A DNA stretch of 64,000 bases, taken from NCBI GenBank assembly GCA_965649765.1, contig OZ287760.1, forward strand, positions 25,358,001-25,422,000, read 5' to 3'. The notes beneath the pieces were generated by a model that searched no databases, was not told the origin of the DNA, and saw only the letters and a list, made by a program, of their open reading frames with translations. Positions 1 through 13,050 of the stretch are shown piece by piece. The translations under genes were made by a program, and so were the position numbers. Within the stretch, counting starts at the first letter, position 1; each line of letters begins with the position of its first letter. This stretch comes from Bispira polyomma. Its lineage: Eukaryota.

Positions 1-920
1 AGGCATTTTCTAACGTGCAACGTCGGTGACAAAGTAATATACAGTGTAGAATCTTGACTACCTAGGATACACTAGTTTCCTTAAGCACTATATGCCTGTT
101 GTGTTATGACCTGTACATGGTGTGGAAAGCGTTTTTAAACCCAAAATCAAATCAAATCTTTAATAGAAGCCCACCCCTTTAGAAAAAATACAAAGCCCCT
201 TGGGTGGTGGGGAGGGGGTGGGGGTGTCTATAGCAGACATTACAGTAAACAAATATTATATGCCTAAAGGGCTCTTGTGAAACGGTTATGAAACCAAAAT
301 GGGAAAACTGGCATTTAGTTTAGCAAACTGTAAGAAAAAGTGAAAGCCATTAGATATATTGGCAAAAGTTTTGCACACTCAAAAGATATTTTTTGAGAGG
401 TATTAGGTGAGGGGATTAAAAATTTTCTTTAAAAAATGTGATGACGAGAATTTTTATTGGCATTATAACTAGCCTAAGCCACTTGATAAACGCTCCGTTA
501 ATTCTCAGCGATTGCGATATTTCTTGAGAACTATTGTTGTTATTTGAAACAAATGTGGGTATTTTTTCTTATCAGTCAAGACTTTAAATGACAACGTCAA
601 AGTATTAGCCGTAAAGCAAGTGTAATTGAGTGCTCAATAATGTTTTATGTGAAGGTTACTTGTACTTTGTGTAACAATGTCAAATAAGTAGCCATTAGTA
701 AGTATAATTAATGCTTAACAATGTTTTTTATAAGAAGGGTTCTTTTTTGTATTTTTAATTGTATCTCTTAACTTCTTGGTTTTTGTGACAACTGAAAATG
801 CAATAAGGTTTCAGAATGAGCCATTTTTATCACATACGTCAAGATTCTTTAGCCTGCCACTTCTAATACACTGAGACACTGTGTATCTGCCTGTACCAGT
901 GATGTATTTGAAGACGTCCA

Positions 921-1091
921 CAGTGCACCCTGTTAAGTCGAATCAGAAGGGACCAAAAAATTGTTCTACTTACCAGAAATTCGAACTTAACAAGGTAAAT
1001 TTTAATAGGAAATATAGCAAATGGACCTTGAAATAATTTCTACTTAACAGCTAATTCTACTTATCAGAGCTCTACTTAAGGGGGTTGACTG
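921..1091. mobile_element. Tc1/pogo(Tigger)-like MITE
   Basis: Imperfect TIRs CAGTGCACCCTGTTAAGT / ACTTAAGGGGGTTGACTG. Related copies at ~9655-9910, 11826-11988, 54442-54614 and 55189-55310. Confidence 0.7.
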
Positions 1092-3359
1092 TGCTTACTT
1101 TTAGTAGCTGGTAGTCTAGTTCGAACTTTGTCCCAAGATCACATTCTAAATAGAGTTAAACCTGTTTAAATTGAACCTTAAAAGTATGAAGATAAATAAC
1201 TGTACACTACAGCGGGATTCTATTTATTAGGGTCAATTTTAAAAGAAAATGCCTTTTGTGTGGACTACACATTTTTCTCGACATAAAAGTGAAATTGAGT
1301 TTAATTTAAAGAGAATGGACTGTATCTTATAAGATGCATATCAAACACTAGAAATGTATGTGAGTGAATACAAAAATGAATGAATCAAATTGATAATGAA
1401 AAATACCATTAATTTATTATTATAGTTCAATTAATTAATCTGTAAGTTAAACTATTTCAGACTAACTTAATCTATTTATCTTATCTATATACAAAGACAT
1501 GAAGATTGCACAAGTGTTTACAATAGTTTCTTGGCCATAATTGTGTTTAGTTTGGTCAATGTTGGTCTTTGCCGATAAATTTTAAGCACAAAATATTTCA
1601 GCTTAAATTGATAGGTTGTTTTCGTGACTGGGTTTAGAATACACAAAGAAAACTTAACCAAAGCCATCCAACAATTGGTTCTATCAAATAAGGACACTGT
1701 ATAATGACCTCCGAACACGATTTCAGTATAGATGCCTGTGAAGTTGCATAATCTCGAGGTTCTTCAATGTTCATTTTGGTCCCTAAAAATTGTCTCGCGC
1801 GCTTTAGTATGCACTGTGCTCATAACGCCCTCGTATAGATGCACGAGTTCAGCATCTACTTCGAGTATGTGTAAAACAATAAACGAAGTGTATTTATTGC
1901 TGTGAAATTATTTGAAAAACAGCTGTCGTCATTTACGGTATAGTTTTTGTTTTTTTTAACTAAAACTACTTGAGTATCTGTTTTTGGTGATTGGGAAAAA
2001 ATTTTTTTTATTGAAACACAAAAGTTCTGCAAATATAGAATATAGGGGGGGGGGGGGGGGGGCTTTTTATCTCAAACCTTTCAAGAGAAGCGATTTAGTA
2101 TTATACAAGTTTAATTTTAATATAAAAATGTGATAAAAGAGAGAAAAGAAGAGACTGAGAACCGACAAATGGACAGAAGAAGGTTTATTGCTGTCCAATT
2201 GACATAGTTGTATAGACAAGCTTAGAACTACATTGGGTCAGTATAAATAAAGGCAATATTTTTATACATAGAAATCAACTAGTTCGTTAGTCTAAAAAAA
2301 TAGTATGTAAAGATTGTAGAACCTGATATTTTTTCATTAAAATAAACAAAAACATTTTTTTTTTACTATTTAGAATGTGAAGTTGTTCTAAAGAATGGTG
2401 TGTTAAGATGGTACAACCTAATATTTATTCGTTTAACAAAAAACATTTTAATTACTATTCAAAATATTATTCTTTTAATGTTATGCACTGGATTTCTTCC
2501 GGCTTTTTTGCCACTGGTCAAAGTAATTTTTCTTTTAATATAATTGAATACAAATTCAATAATTCTTTTTATGGAAAATTATTCATTTTTTCACGTCAAA
2601 CACATTGGTGAAAAGTTATTCAATATTTAATCAACATTTGAAAACTATATTTATCCAGTTACTGCACTTTTAAACCACAAAATATAAACCCACATACATA
2701 AAAAAGAACAGCCATAAATTAAAATTTATTAAATGGGTGCATTGTGGCACCATAATCATGGCTTAACCTAAATTAGCAGTAGTTTTTAACCAACTGTGTC
2801 AGTGGTATACTTATAAGACACAGAACATAATACACAGGGGACGGGAGAGCGATAGGGGACAGTAACTTAATACATCAAATTTGTTGCATTTAAAAACCCA
2901 TGGCAGCACTAGCTGTCAGTCCTAGAAGTGACACCAATGAATTATTTTCCCCCTTTTTCTCCCTCCTATGTTTTCCAAGGTAATGACTTTCTAATCTTTT
3001 TAATGTTCTCTTTTCAGCTAGCTATTTTAGAGTTTCTGTGTTATTTCATCTACTATATATGTATCTTTGACACGTATTGTGGCTGTTGTGATATTGTGAT
3101 TTCATGTGGTGAATATATGTAAATTAAAGCAATGGCTACTGCCTATTGTCGAAAGTGTAGAAATCATCACTAACGACCTGTGGGAAAAAATTGTACTAGG
3201 GATATTGTTGATCAGAGTTTTTCACCTGTGCAAACCCAGGCTGCTGATAGTCATTCCACTAGAGGACGTTCTCGTAAACACACGGACGCTGCTGTGGTCA
3301 CGGATGACTCCCATGTGTGGCTCAAAATGAATCCAGCTCCATTTCATTATTAATAAGTT

Positions 3360-5520
3360 GCAAAGCTTAGAGGACCGAGGTAACAAAGAGACACCACGCA
3401 GCCAACAATCTGAGGACCGAGGTAACAAAGAGACACCACACAGCCAACAATCTGACCTGTCAAGACGCCAACCCAGGCGTCCTTCCCCCGATACAACCGG
3501 TTACGGCACCCTTCACCATGTGAAGCGTGAAAGGGAGTTGCGCCCCTTGCCGCCGGATGCTACGGGGTGGGTTAATACTCAATCTGGTTGCTTGCTGATC
3601 AACCAGCTGTTAACCCCCCTACCCTTACGACCTTGCTATGCCCATGGACTTTACGATTGGATCACTGATTCTGCTGTTGCGCTTTAGAAGATGCCTGGCA
3701 TCAATAAAGCGCATTAAAAATGCATTATTATTATTATGTGCCAGAAGCAAGCAGTCGTGCATGCCAGAGCTCCCCTACCAGGGCAGGGTATCGTCCTGAC
3801 AGTCCTTAAGGCGAGGAAGTTCTAATGGCTGACAGAGACGGACCGTCTGATGGAGGACATGGAGTCTGACTGACGAGGGGGCCTACCTGTAATGACTAGA
3901 AGATCCCGGGGTGCAGCGGAGAGAGGACACCAAGAGGACGGCAGACGTGCTGATACCAGACTTTTTGACTACCATGATTCTGAAGATTTACTTTTACCAA
4001 GCCAACAGTACTTACGCACAAATGATTACATACAACGCCAAGTCGACGCACGTCTCCAGCGTCATAAAAACAGGTTAGCCTCCTCTCCTGACTACTTAGG
4101 TAAGAAGTTAAAGTCAGGGTTACACCGTACTGGGGAACATACCATTAAAAAACACATAAATTGGCCCCATGAGCACTGTTATGTTAACTCAAGTCAAAAA
4201 TACCCGGTATGTAAAGAACTGACTCCACTTATGTGGTTTCAGGGCTACCTTCAGTGTACGATCGAAGAACCAGATAGTGTGGTTAAAGATATCATGATGC
4301 AATACGGGGTTCAACTTATGAGAGATGTCATGGAAACGTCCTGGTATACCGCTAAGAGAGCTCACTGTGTTTTGCTCTTGGAAATGGAGAAGGGAAAAGT
4401 CGATTGGCAAGATTTGAGAGCAGTCCATGAAATAAGGGCTCACCTTACTCAGCGAATAGTTAAAGAAAGTACCCTGATTCACGTGATTCGACCACTAGTT
4501 CATAAAATAAGGGTAATATTGTTCTCTGCACTGCCTATAACAAAGGCACGTGCACTCAGACTGGGGACCACACTTTCACAGGTATGACTTTAAAACATGA
4601 TTGTGCGAAATGTTTCAAAAGAACTAAAAAATTCAGTGCTTATAGGGAAATCAATTGTAGGGGCTAGGAAAATGGGAGAAGCCTCCAGCCAACCCAAAAG
4701 TATAAAGACAAAATCAAGAACTTTTTGGAACACAGCTTGGTTGGACGCATTTACAAAAACACACAAATTAAATGAAACAAAAAAATTTAATTCTTAAAAA
4801 AGGGTTTTTGTGGGACAAAAACAGGAAAAGCAAAATGAGGTAAAAAGTAAACAAAAATTCCCGCCCTCCACAACCCATGCAATTGATCAAAAAATTGTAA
4901 ATAATGTGTCAAAATATCAACAAGTCTGTGTACAAGAAGTAAGTCAAGAATGGGCCATTTTGTCAAATGAAATGGGGAGTCAATATGGTTGCCCCAATTA
5001 CTTGGGAGCAAGAATCTCAGTACCCTCAGAAATAAATATTCCTGCATGGAGAAATTTGTTAAAAAATGACCCAGACGTCTTACTCCCTGAATATTTGGAA
5101 TTTTGGTTCCCCTTGTGTATACAAAAATAGGGATTTGTGTTTTACACTGTAGCCAAAAATCACGATTCAGCAACACAAACCCCTCAAAGTGTCGATAATT
5201 ATTTTCTAACAGAACCACTTCACAAGGCTATAGCAGGCCCTTTCAAAACACCACCATTTGAACAATTGCATTTTTCCCCTGTCATGACTCGGCCAAAAAC
5301 TGACAACTCTAGACGAATAATAGTGGATTTATCATGGCCTCACAACAACTCTTCTGTGAAGAATGCTGTGTTAAATGGGGTGTATGACGCCCATGAATTT
5401 CGGCTTACTTTACCAAATATAGATATGCTAGTTGACAGGATTAATTACCTTGGCCCTCAGTGTTTATTATATAAGACCGATTTGTCTTGGGCTTCTAGAA
5501 ATTCGCATATTGATCTGGTT
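3360..5520 (+). mobile_element. Degenerate DIRS/Ngaro-like (tyrosine-recombinase class) retrotransposon fragment: gag-like ORF and N-terminal RT
   Basis: gag-like ORF 3892-4587 followed by a frameshifted Cys/His finger LCTAYNKGTCTQTGDH...KHDCAKC (~4525-4615). RT motifs NYLGARISVP, NHDSA, IAGPF, SPVMTRPK, RRIIVDLSWP and YKTDLS. Truncated before YxDD; no recombinase seen. The 5' boundary is approximate. Confidence 0.75.
3498..3736 (+). mobile_element. SINE-like repeat with L2-type 3' tail, nested in the DIRS-like element
   Basis: Highly similar inverted copy at 22468-22702; ends gcgctttagaagatgcctggcatcaataaagcgcattaaaaatgc(att)n. Confidence 0.75.
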
Positions 5521-7244
5521 CAGATTAAGACTAAGCTAGGGCTTAAAGCTAAGACTTTGTCTTGATTTAGTATACTTTTGTGTTAGATTTAGGATTTGAA
5601 TTTGGATATTTAACGTCCACTCTAGTACCTTTTGGTAGGTTATATTGGGACGGGTAGTTGGAAACGCTGGAGGAAACACTGCAGACTGTTGGTCAAGGTT
5701 CTGCACTGAAACCAGCAGCCCACAGTAAGGAATTTGTGTCTACGCCTAACAGGATGTAACATTATGATATTTTATTCGGTTGATCAGCTTTTAAGGTGAT
5801 CCTACATTAAATAAAACCTATGTACAATGATGAATAGCATCATTATGTCTGATTCTCACCCTGAACCCTTTGCAGAGACAAAAATACACGACTACAAGGT
5901 GAGACCTTGGGAGAAACAATATCGGGAAAGTCCCAAGTTTTGAAGGGACAGAGGAAAAAAGAATGAACCCCACTGTACCACTGTTTATGTTTGTCACAGG
6001 TTTCCAGATATGTGCGCTTCTCAGAAGGTATATTGTAGTAAACTGCCTCATATGTTCCACTTCTTAATTTACACTTGATACTTATAATTACAATTTGCAT
6101 CGAAACCACAAATTAAATATTTACCAAAAAACATTATAAGTGATTAATTTTCCATCTTAACAGACTTAAAAACTAAAAAAACACAGGAACTGTCTAGTTA
6201 TTGTCAATTATTGTGATGTGATCATTTTTTGTAGCGGCCGATTTTATCGGTCATTATTTAATATTAGGAAGTGCTTCATTTCAATATATTTCCTTCAGAT
6301 CAGAAGTTGCCCAACGTCTGTTACACCATCAAAATTTATTAGTCAGGGAGCGAAAAATCACGAGATCGGTCCGTTATTTTTAATAAAAATTAAGAAAATT
6401 TTTTTATTAAAATATTTAGTGCATATCTGATGAAAGGAAGCACTGCATTGGCTAATGTCCAATCGGCTCGGAGTCGGTGACTGCTGAAAGGAAGCTCAGG
6501 CTTAGTCGTAACAATAACAGAGCATGCCTCCCACCTCTATAGTCTCGGATTCCCGGTTTGAATATCGGCTGGGGATTTATAAATGGGATGGTTGGCAGTT
6601 ACTTGCCTATGGTCGCTGGTTTTCAGTGTGGAATCGTGACCAACTGCATGTAGCATACCCTAGTTTTCCTGCAGCACTTAAACTGCCTGTCATGTTATGA
6701 CTCTGTACAATGTGTTGAAAGTGACATTCAAACCCAGAACTCAAATCAAATGGAGCAGGAGTTGAAAGGAATAAATAGCTTTTGCTGGTGATAAGTTATA
6801 TTAAGCTCATTAGTGACTCTCATTTTTTTATTAATCTTTTTTATAAAATAATATTAACATCTGACAATGTCGGAATGTCTGCTTTTATTACCGTTTTCAA
6901 AGTGCAGATGTAATTATATATATAATGAAAACTCTCTGATTTTTACTGGCTTTGATCATCCACGCATTAAAATGGACAAATGAAAACAAAAGCTAATAAA
7001 AAAATTAGTCCCATATATTCTGCAGGGTCCAGTATCCAGGGTCTTCGTCTTAAATCAGTCTTAACCCTTCCGATCCCAAGAGAATACTCTCACTGGGAAC
7101 TGCAGGAAAGATTTTTCGGGTAATACATCACAGATAGCTGGAGTCACTAAAACACACTTCACTTCTGGCATTCCATAATGGCCTTGCATTTAAACGGGGG
7201 ATTCTGCTGTACTAATTGTAACAATTTCCTATCCATGTTTTGGG

Positions 7245-7455
7245 GTGTGTCGAATGCTTGCTGACAGACAGAAGTTCTGAGAGAAACCAGATCCTGTCGA
7301 CTGTTTGTTGACAGACAGGGGTTCTGGAAGTAACCAGATGCTGTCGACTGTTTTCTAACAGACAGGGGTTCTGGGAGTAACCAGATGCTGTCGAATGCTT
7401 GCTGACAGACAGGGGTTCTGGAAGTGACCAGATGCTGTCAAATACATGCTGACAA
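7245..7455. repeat. ~47-50-bp tandem repeat
   Basis: gacagacaggggttctggaagtaaccagatgctgtcga, 4 copies. Confidence 0.85.
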
Positions 7456-8157
7456 CCTAGGGCTTCCAAGGGTTAGGCTTTAGGATTTATGTCTAAAACA
7501 TTCAAAGAAGATTGCCTATACTCTGTGTCCCAGTGTGTAAAGTGCAAAGTTTAACACTGAGCAAGGATTTTTTTTTTTTTACTGTCGCTGGGACCAAAGA
7601 TCTTTAGGCTTTAGAAGTTAACAAAAAATGTTTTTGTAAACAAGGGCCCAGTTAAAACGCTACCTCATTTCCTTTAATGCAAAACAAACCCACATGAAGC
7701 ACTGCATTAAGAAATAGTAAACCCCTTTGTTCTCGTGTTGCAGATTAAAATTAGAAATTCTAGACCAATAAATTTGAAATTCTAGACCAATAACATGCTG
7801 CTTTACAAAAATTAGAAATTCTAGACCAATGACATGTTACTTTACAAACTCATCTGGAGCTGTAATTTTGTTTCAAAGAATCTGATTAGCCATGAACTCA
7901 GAGATTGTCTAAGGAAGGAGCTAGTTAGATGAAATGTCATCTACAAGCTCATCTGGAAACCTTAACCCTTCAGTCTTAATACCAGTCTTATTATGCCATC
8001 CCACACAATACCGGCCGCGGTGGCCCATTGGTTATAAGCCTCTGCTTTAAAATCACTGGCCTCTAAAGGGTTCTGTATTCCCAAAAGAAACTTAAGCTCA
8101 AACTGAAATTCAATAAAGGGAAGTAGAAGTCCTTGTATAAAGATACAATGTATAGTG

Positions 8158-8440
8158 ATCTCTGTGGCCTAGTGATTAGAGTATCGGACTTTGGATCTGA
8201 AAGTTCGATCCTCGCTGCTGGCCTGGGGATTGTACCCTTGAACAAGGTACTTTGCACAAAGTTATCCCTCTCCACCGAGATGTATAAATGGGTACCTGTC
8301 TGCTAATGAGTGTTAGTCTTTGTGCTGCATGTGGCAGCACAGCTAGTATTCTTCCTGAGGGAGCTGAGACTTAACAATTGGTTGACAAGTGGAAATAAAT
8401 GATGTTCAGAACGGCGCTATATCAAATGATAATTATTATT
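8158..8440 (+). mobile_element. tRNA-derived SINE (CORE/Deu-Nin-like body)
   Basis: A box tggcctagtgattag, B box gttcgatcc, then cccttgaacaaggtacttt, tataaatgggtacc and cctgagggagctgag. Minus-strand copies at ~20620-20890, ~33905-34185 and ~18440-18560. Confidence 0.75.
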
Positions 8441-8799
8441 ATCAATAGTATACTGAGATATAACCGGCACTTGTGACCATTCGTTTTAATAGAGCTTTCA
8501 GCACTAAATCCAACTATGCAGTCAGATTTTAGTGAACTTAACACGTTGGACAGAGATATAACTGTGGACTTTAATTTATCAAAGTGGTTATTTACACAAC
8601 GGCTGTGTACGCAAGAGGAAGTCTTGGTGTTGGGTGCACAACGAATATCAATGTTAGACTCTATGGAACTCGATTCACTATACCCGATTTTGGTCCTAAA
8701 TAGAACTGTATTCTAAGTCCAAACATTTTATACCAAAAATACAAGGTTTTACTCGAACTTCGATCTTTAATTTTAGGCATTAATTGAACCCATTTTAAA

Positions 8800-8975
8800 T
8801 TGGGTACATAAGACTACATACCTTTTTGGGGACACAACCATTGGGTACATAAGAATATGTTTCTTTCTTGGGGACACAACTGTTGGGTTCTTGAGAATAC
8901 TTTTCTTTCTTAGGGACACAACCGTTGGGTACATAAGTGAGCTAAGCTGTCTTGGGTAAACAACCGTTGGGTATA
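8800..8975. repeat. ~42-bp degenerate tandem repeat
   Basis: gggacacaaccgttgggtacataag core, 4-5 copies. Confidence 0.75.
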
Positions 8976-11900
8976 CAAGCAAAGATTTCTGTATAGTATA
9001 CACCACTGAGGTGTAAATATCCTCTACCTTAATATATTTGAGTCTGAGTTGAGTTTTAAGATCTTTTCGAGAGTTACGGCCACAACATTTGTAATGATGG
9101 TGTTTGAACAAGCGCTATTTGTATCTGATGGCATTCACTGGCGTTCACAATACAGGTTGGGGTCATAATATTATACATCCATTGTTACAGTTGTAACTGG
9201 AAAAATCCTGTTTAAACCAGTTGTAATTTCCAAAACCAGTTTTGTTTGTTTAAGATTTATATATTGGTAAATTTTACATAAATTTTACACAACCATTTGG
9301 AATATTTTAAGTTGAACTTAGGGCTCCAGATCGATCCATCAGCTGATAAATGTTCAGGACACATTTGTTTGCCTTTAGTCTAGCCATTATTATTGCATCA
9401 AAACACTCAATTGAACAATTTATGAACAATTGTTTTCATTCATGTTATCTTTTTCCAGATTTTATTATAAAACAGTTAATCTATTATATTTACCGGTTGT
9501 TGCCGGTTGGTTTCCTAATCCAACCGACTGGTTAAGGTAAAGTTAAACCAACCCTAGCTTTATCAAATGTTATTATGTAAAGCTCTATACCATGGAAAAG
9601 TCTTAGTGAAAAACAGATTTTTGTAAATCAATAGTATTTGCCCTGCAGAGACATACAGTAGACTCTCTGTAACTAGAACGAGTCTAAGTTGAATACCTCT
9701 AAACTGGAATAACTTCTCTCTAAGAATACTAGATGTAGTTTTAAATTTCAGTCCAACCCCATTATGTAGAGCTCTGATAAGTGAAATGACCTGTTAAGTA
9801 GAAGTTATTTTAAGGTCCCATTGTTATATTTCTAATTAAAATATACCCTTATAAGTAGAAGTTCTGTTTTTATGGTCCCTTCAGATTGTAGGTCAAATAG
9901 AAGTCTGCCATGAGTGGATTATTGGATATATTTGACTTTTAATACTGACGTCTACTGTAATTATTAAGTAAGTTATTAATTTACATGATGACCGAAAACT
10001 AGACGATCAAAACTTACTCATATTTAACATGTCTTGACATATTATCTCCAAATGGCTAAAAATAGCACTTAAACTGTCCGTGTTCACCTGTACCCTTGTC
10101 ATTTTCAGTTTAAATATTCACGGAAGGTAACCTTACGATTAACCACATATATTATAGCTAACACAATCGATTTACATCATTACCATCCATATCCGTAAAA
10201 GATGGGTTTAAAAGCTTATTTTACAGACACGGGTACTGGTAAACACTGACGGGTGAATTTCCCGCATCATACCACTGAATGAGTAACTTTAATCAGCGGG
10301 CCCTTTGGCTATTTCTTAGTATTATCAAATTTACTGTTTATTTTCAGCCTTCATTTGATTATTTATCTGAAATAGAGCTTATAAAGCAATTAAGCAACAC
10401 CCAAAAAACCCACCCGATCTGATACAATGAAAAAACCCAAAACAGTGCTTCAAACAAGAAACCGGCCTGTCCTCATGTTGTAGATTCAAATCAGTAAGTC
10501 AAGGCCAATAAGATGTCACTTTATAAACTCATCTGGGACTGGTATTTGCCCAAAGATTATTGTATCGAGTGTAATTTTTGTTTCAAAGAATCTGATTGGC
10601 CGAGACTAAGTGGAAACTGTCTAAATAAATGCTAAGAAGGAGCTAGATATAGATGAAATGTGAACTATAAGCTCATCTGGAATCAGAACCCTGTACAGTC
10701 TAATACCATAATATGTATTATTATGTCATCCCTACACCCAAAAGACATATATAAAATCCCCACTCTACTGTACAAGAGGCCCGTATTGTCGACAGAAACT
10801 CAAACATAAAGGAGCAAATTGACTGTTTAGTTTAAAGAGGGCCTTACAAACCGCCGACTACATATGCCACTACAGGACACTACAGGGGACGACACGTTAT
10901 TTCACGCCAGTCATATACACACCAAACACGACACTATATAATCCATACGAGTACATATGACAATGTACCCCCCACTCTCCCTCCCTCAAAATACTTTTAC
11001 TACATATACATATAGGACATACCTAAGGACACAACACTTTTTAGAGATTTATCCAAGTTAAAACCAAATTAAATTTGAATAGAGAAGTCATAAAAAGCAT
11101 ATAGCCAAGTCATCTGAACGGATGTGGGGGGGGGGGGGATTAAATAGGCTAAACGAGTTTGAAGAGATAGGTTTTAAAAAAATTCTAAACCCAGGAACTG
11201 TTTTTAGTGATTTAAGTTCAACTGAGAGACTATTCTATCACAAAGGGGACAGCGATTGAGAAAGCTCTAGATCCAACCCTCTTAGGTTTTATAGAAGAAA
11301 TGGTATCATTTCCTGTATTTTGTATTTTAAAAAAACATCTGGCAAGCCACACGGTTTAATTCTTTGCTTAAGATGCCAAAAATATGGGCCTTTGGAATGA
11401 TGTTAAAAGCTGTATATTATTAACGATTGGTCAGGTGTACTTAATCTTACTTGAAAACAGATAAAAGATTAGCATATTATTAGCAGGATTAAAGTCATTG
11501 GCCACAAAAATTTTGTTTTAATAACGAGATATTTAAATTTTATGTGTTCTAAAAACTGAACAAAAAGTGTCGAACTGACATAATTTACAAAATATAATGG
11601 AATCTAAATTTATTGAACAAGTAATACTGCCCGAGATTCACCATGAAAATGTTCTCTGTTTAAAAATGTTTATGAAAGTATTTTAACTATTGTTGGTGTG
11701 AGTACCTTGTAACAGTATTCTTGATGCTTTACTGATGCAGGTTTACAAGGACCTAAGTATTTGATTTGACCTAATCAGCTATCATGGTAACAAAAACTAA
11801 CGGCAGTGTTAGGCTGTACTTAATGCAGTGTGACCCTGTTAAGTTGAATCTGAAGAAACCATACAAATCTGTTCTATCTTACAGAAATTCTGCTTAACAG

Positions 11901-12584
11901 GATACATTTTCATTAGAAGTCTAGCAATGGGACCTCCTTCTTAAATAATTCTACTTGCCAGAGCTCTACTTAAGGGGATTTTGAACTGTATATGTAAACG
12001 TTATTTGATTATTAGCCAATTATATACTATCTCGATGTGACAGTGTAACAGTATCCTTGATGCTGTACTGAAATAAATGAAAAAGTGTGGAGAAAAATAA
12101 TTTGGACGGCTAAATAACCAGCCGTTTGTTCCCACATGTGGAAAAAGTTTGTCAGGTAAATTGCTGTAGGTTGGTGGTTTACACAATGGCTTCAGCACCT
12201 GGTTTCTTGCACCATTAAATTTGGCAGCAGCGATATGACCTAAGCTGTTGACAGCAATGTAAAAACCCGGCTCAATTTATGCTCAAATGTATGGTAAGCC
12301 ACTGAAAGGTGTAAACAGTGAAATAATATGAGTTGGATTTTATGTCGTTTTAATAAGCTTGCTAGGTCATATTACGAGACAGCCAGATTCAATGGTGAAA
12401 TGTACAAGTGCTGGAACCACTGACAAGCTTCCCCACATGTAGAAACGAACGAGATTTGAACCCACATTGGTGAGAGGCTAGTGATTGTGAAGCAGGCTAC
12501 TTCTACCCACTAGGCATTTTTAATTTTTAACCATTAGGCCACCACGGTTCCTACATCATTTCTGGTACAATCTCCAGAGTTTAT

Positions 12585-12705
12585 GGAGTTTAGAGCTCAA
12601 ATACTGAGTCAGAGCAAAGATATAGTTGAGTGTGGAGCTCAAATACTGAGTCAGAGGAAAGATATGTTTGAGTGTGGAGCTCAAATACTGAGTCAGAGCA
12701 AAGAT
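12585..12705. repeat. 42-bp tandem repeat, 3 copies
   Basis: gagtgtggagctcaaatactgagtcagagcaaagat. Confidence 0.85.
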
Positions 12706-12714
12706 CTATTTCTA

Positions 12715-13050
12715 GGCCTTAGGCTTCCTTTCAGCCTCATCCAATCTGAAAACTCAAATCTTTAGCTTATTTGGAGAATACGTTGGCCGAATTTATCCAT
12801 CACTATTTGATGTTAGGAACTGCTTCCTTTTAGCAAATATGCATCAGATCCAATCAGATGTCAGCAAACGTCTGTTACACCATCTGAATTAATGAGTCAG
12901 GGAGGTTGGCCCGTTTTTTGAACAAAAATGAAAAAAAAATTCTTACACTAGTTTACATACATTTGTACTGCATATCGGGTGAAAGCAAGCGTTACATCGG
13001 CTGATATCGGCTTGACTTGGATTTTAATAAATCTGAAGGAAGCCTAGGCT
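12715..13050. mobile_element. PIF/Harbinger-like MITE
   Basis: Ends gccttaggcttcctttcag / ctgaaggaagcctaggct. Relatives at ~6240-6503 and 36722-36955. Confidence 0.55.

Noticed and set aside
8158-8225. tRNA-like A/B boxes
   Set aside because: No full cloverleaf; they continue into SINE bodies, so they are SINE heads rather than tRNA genes.
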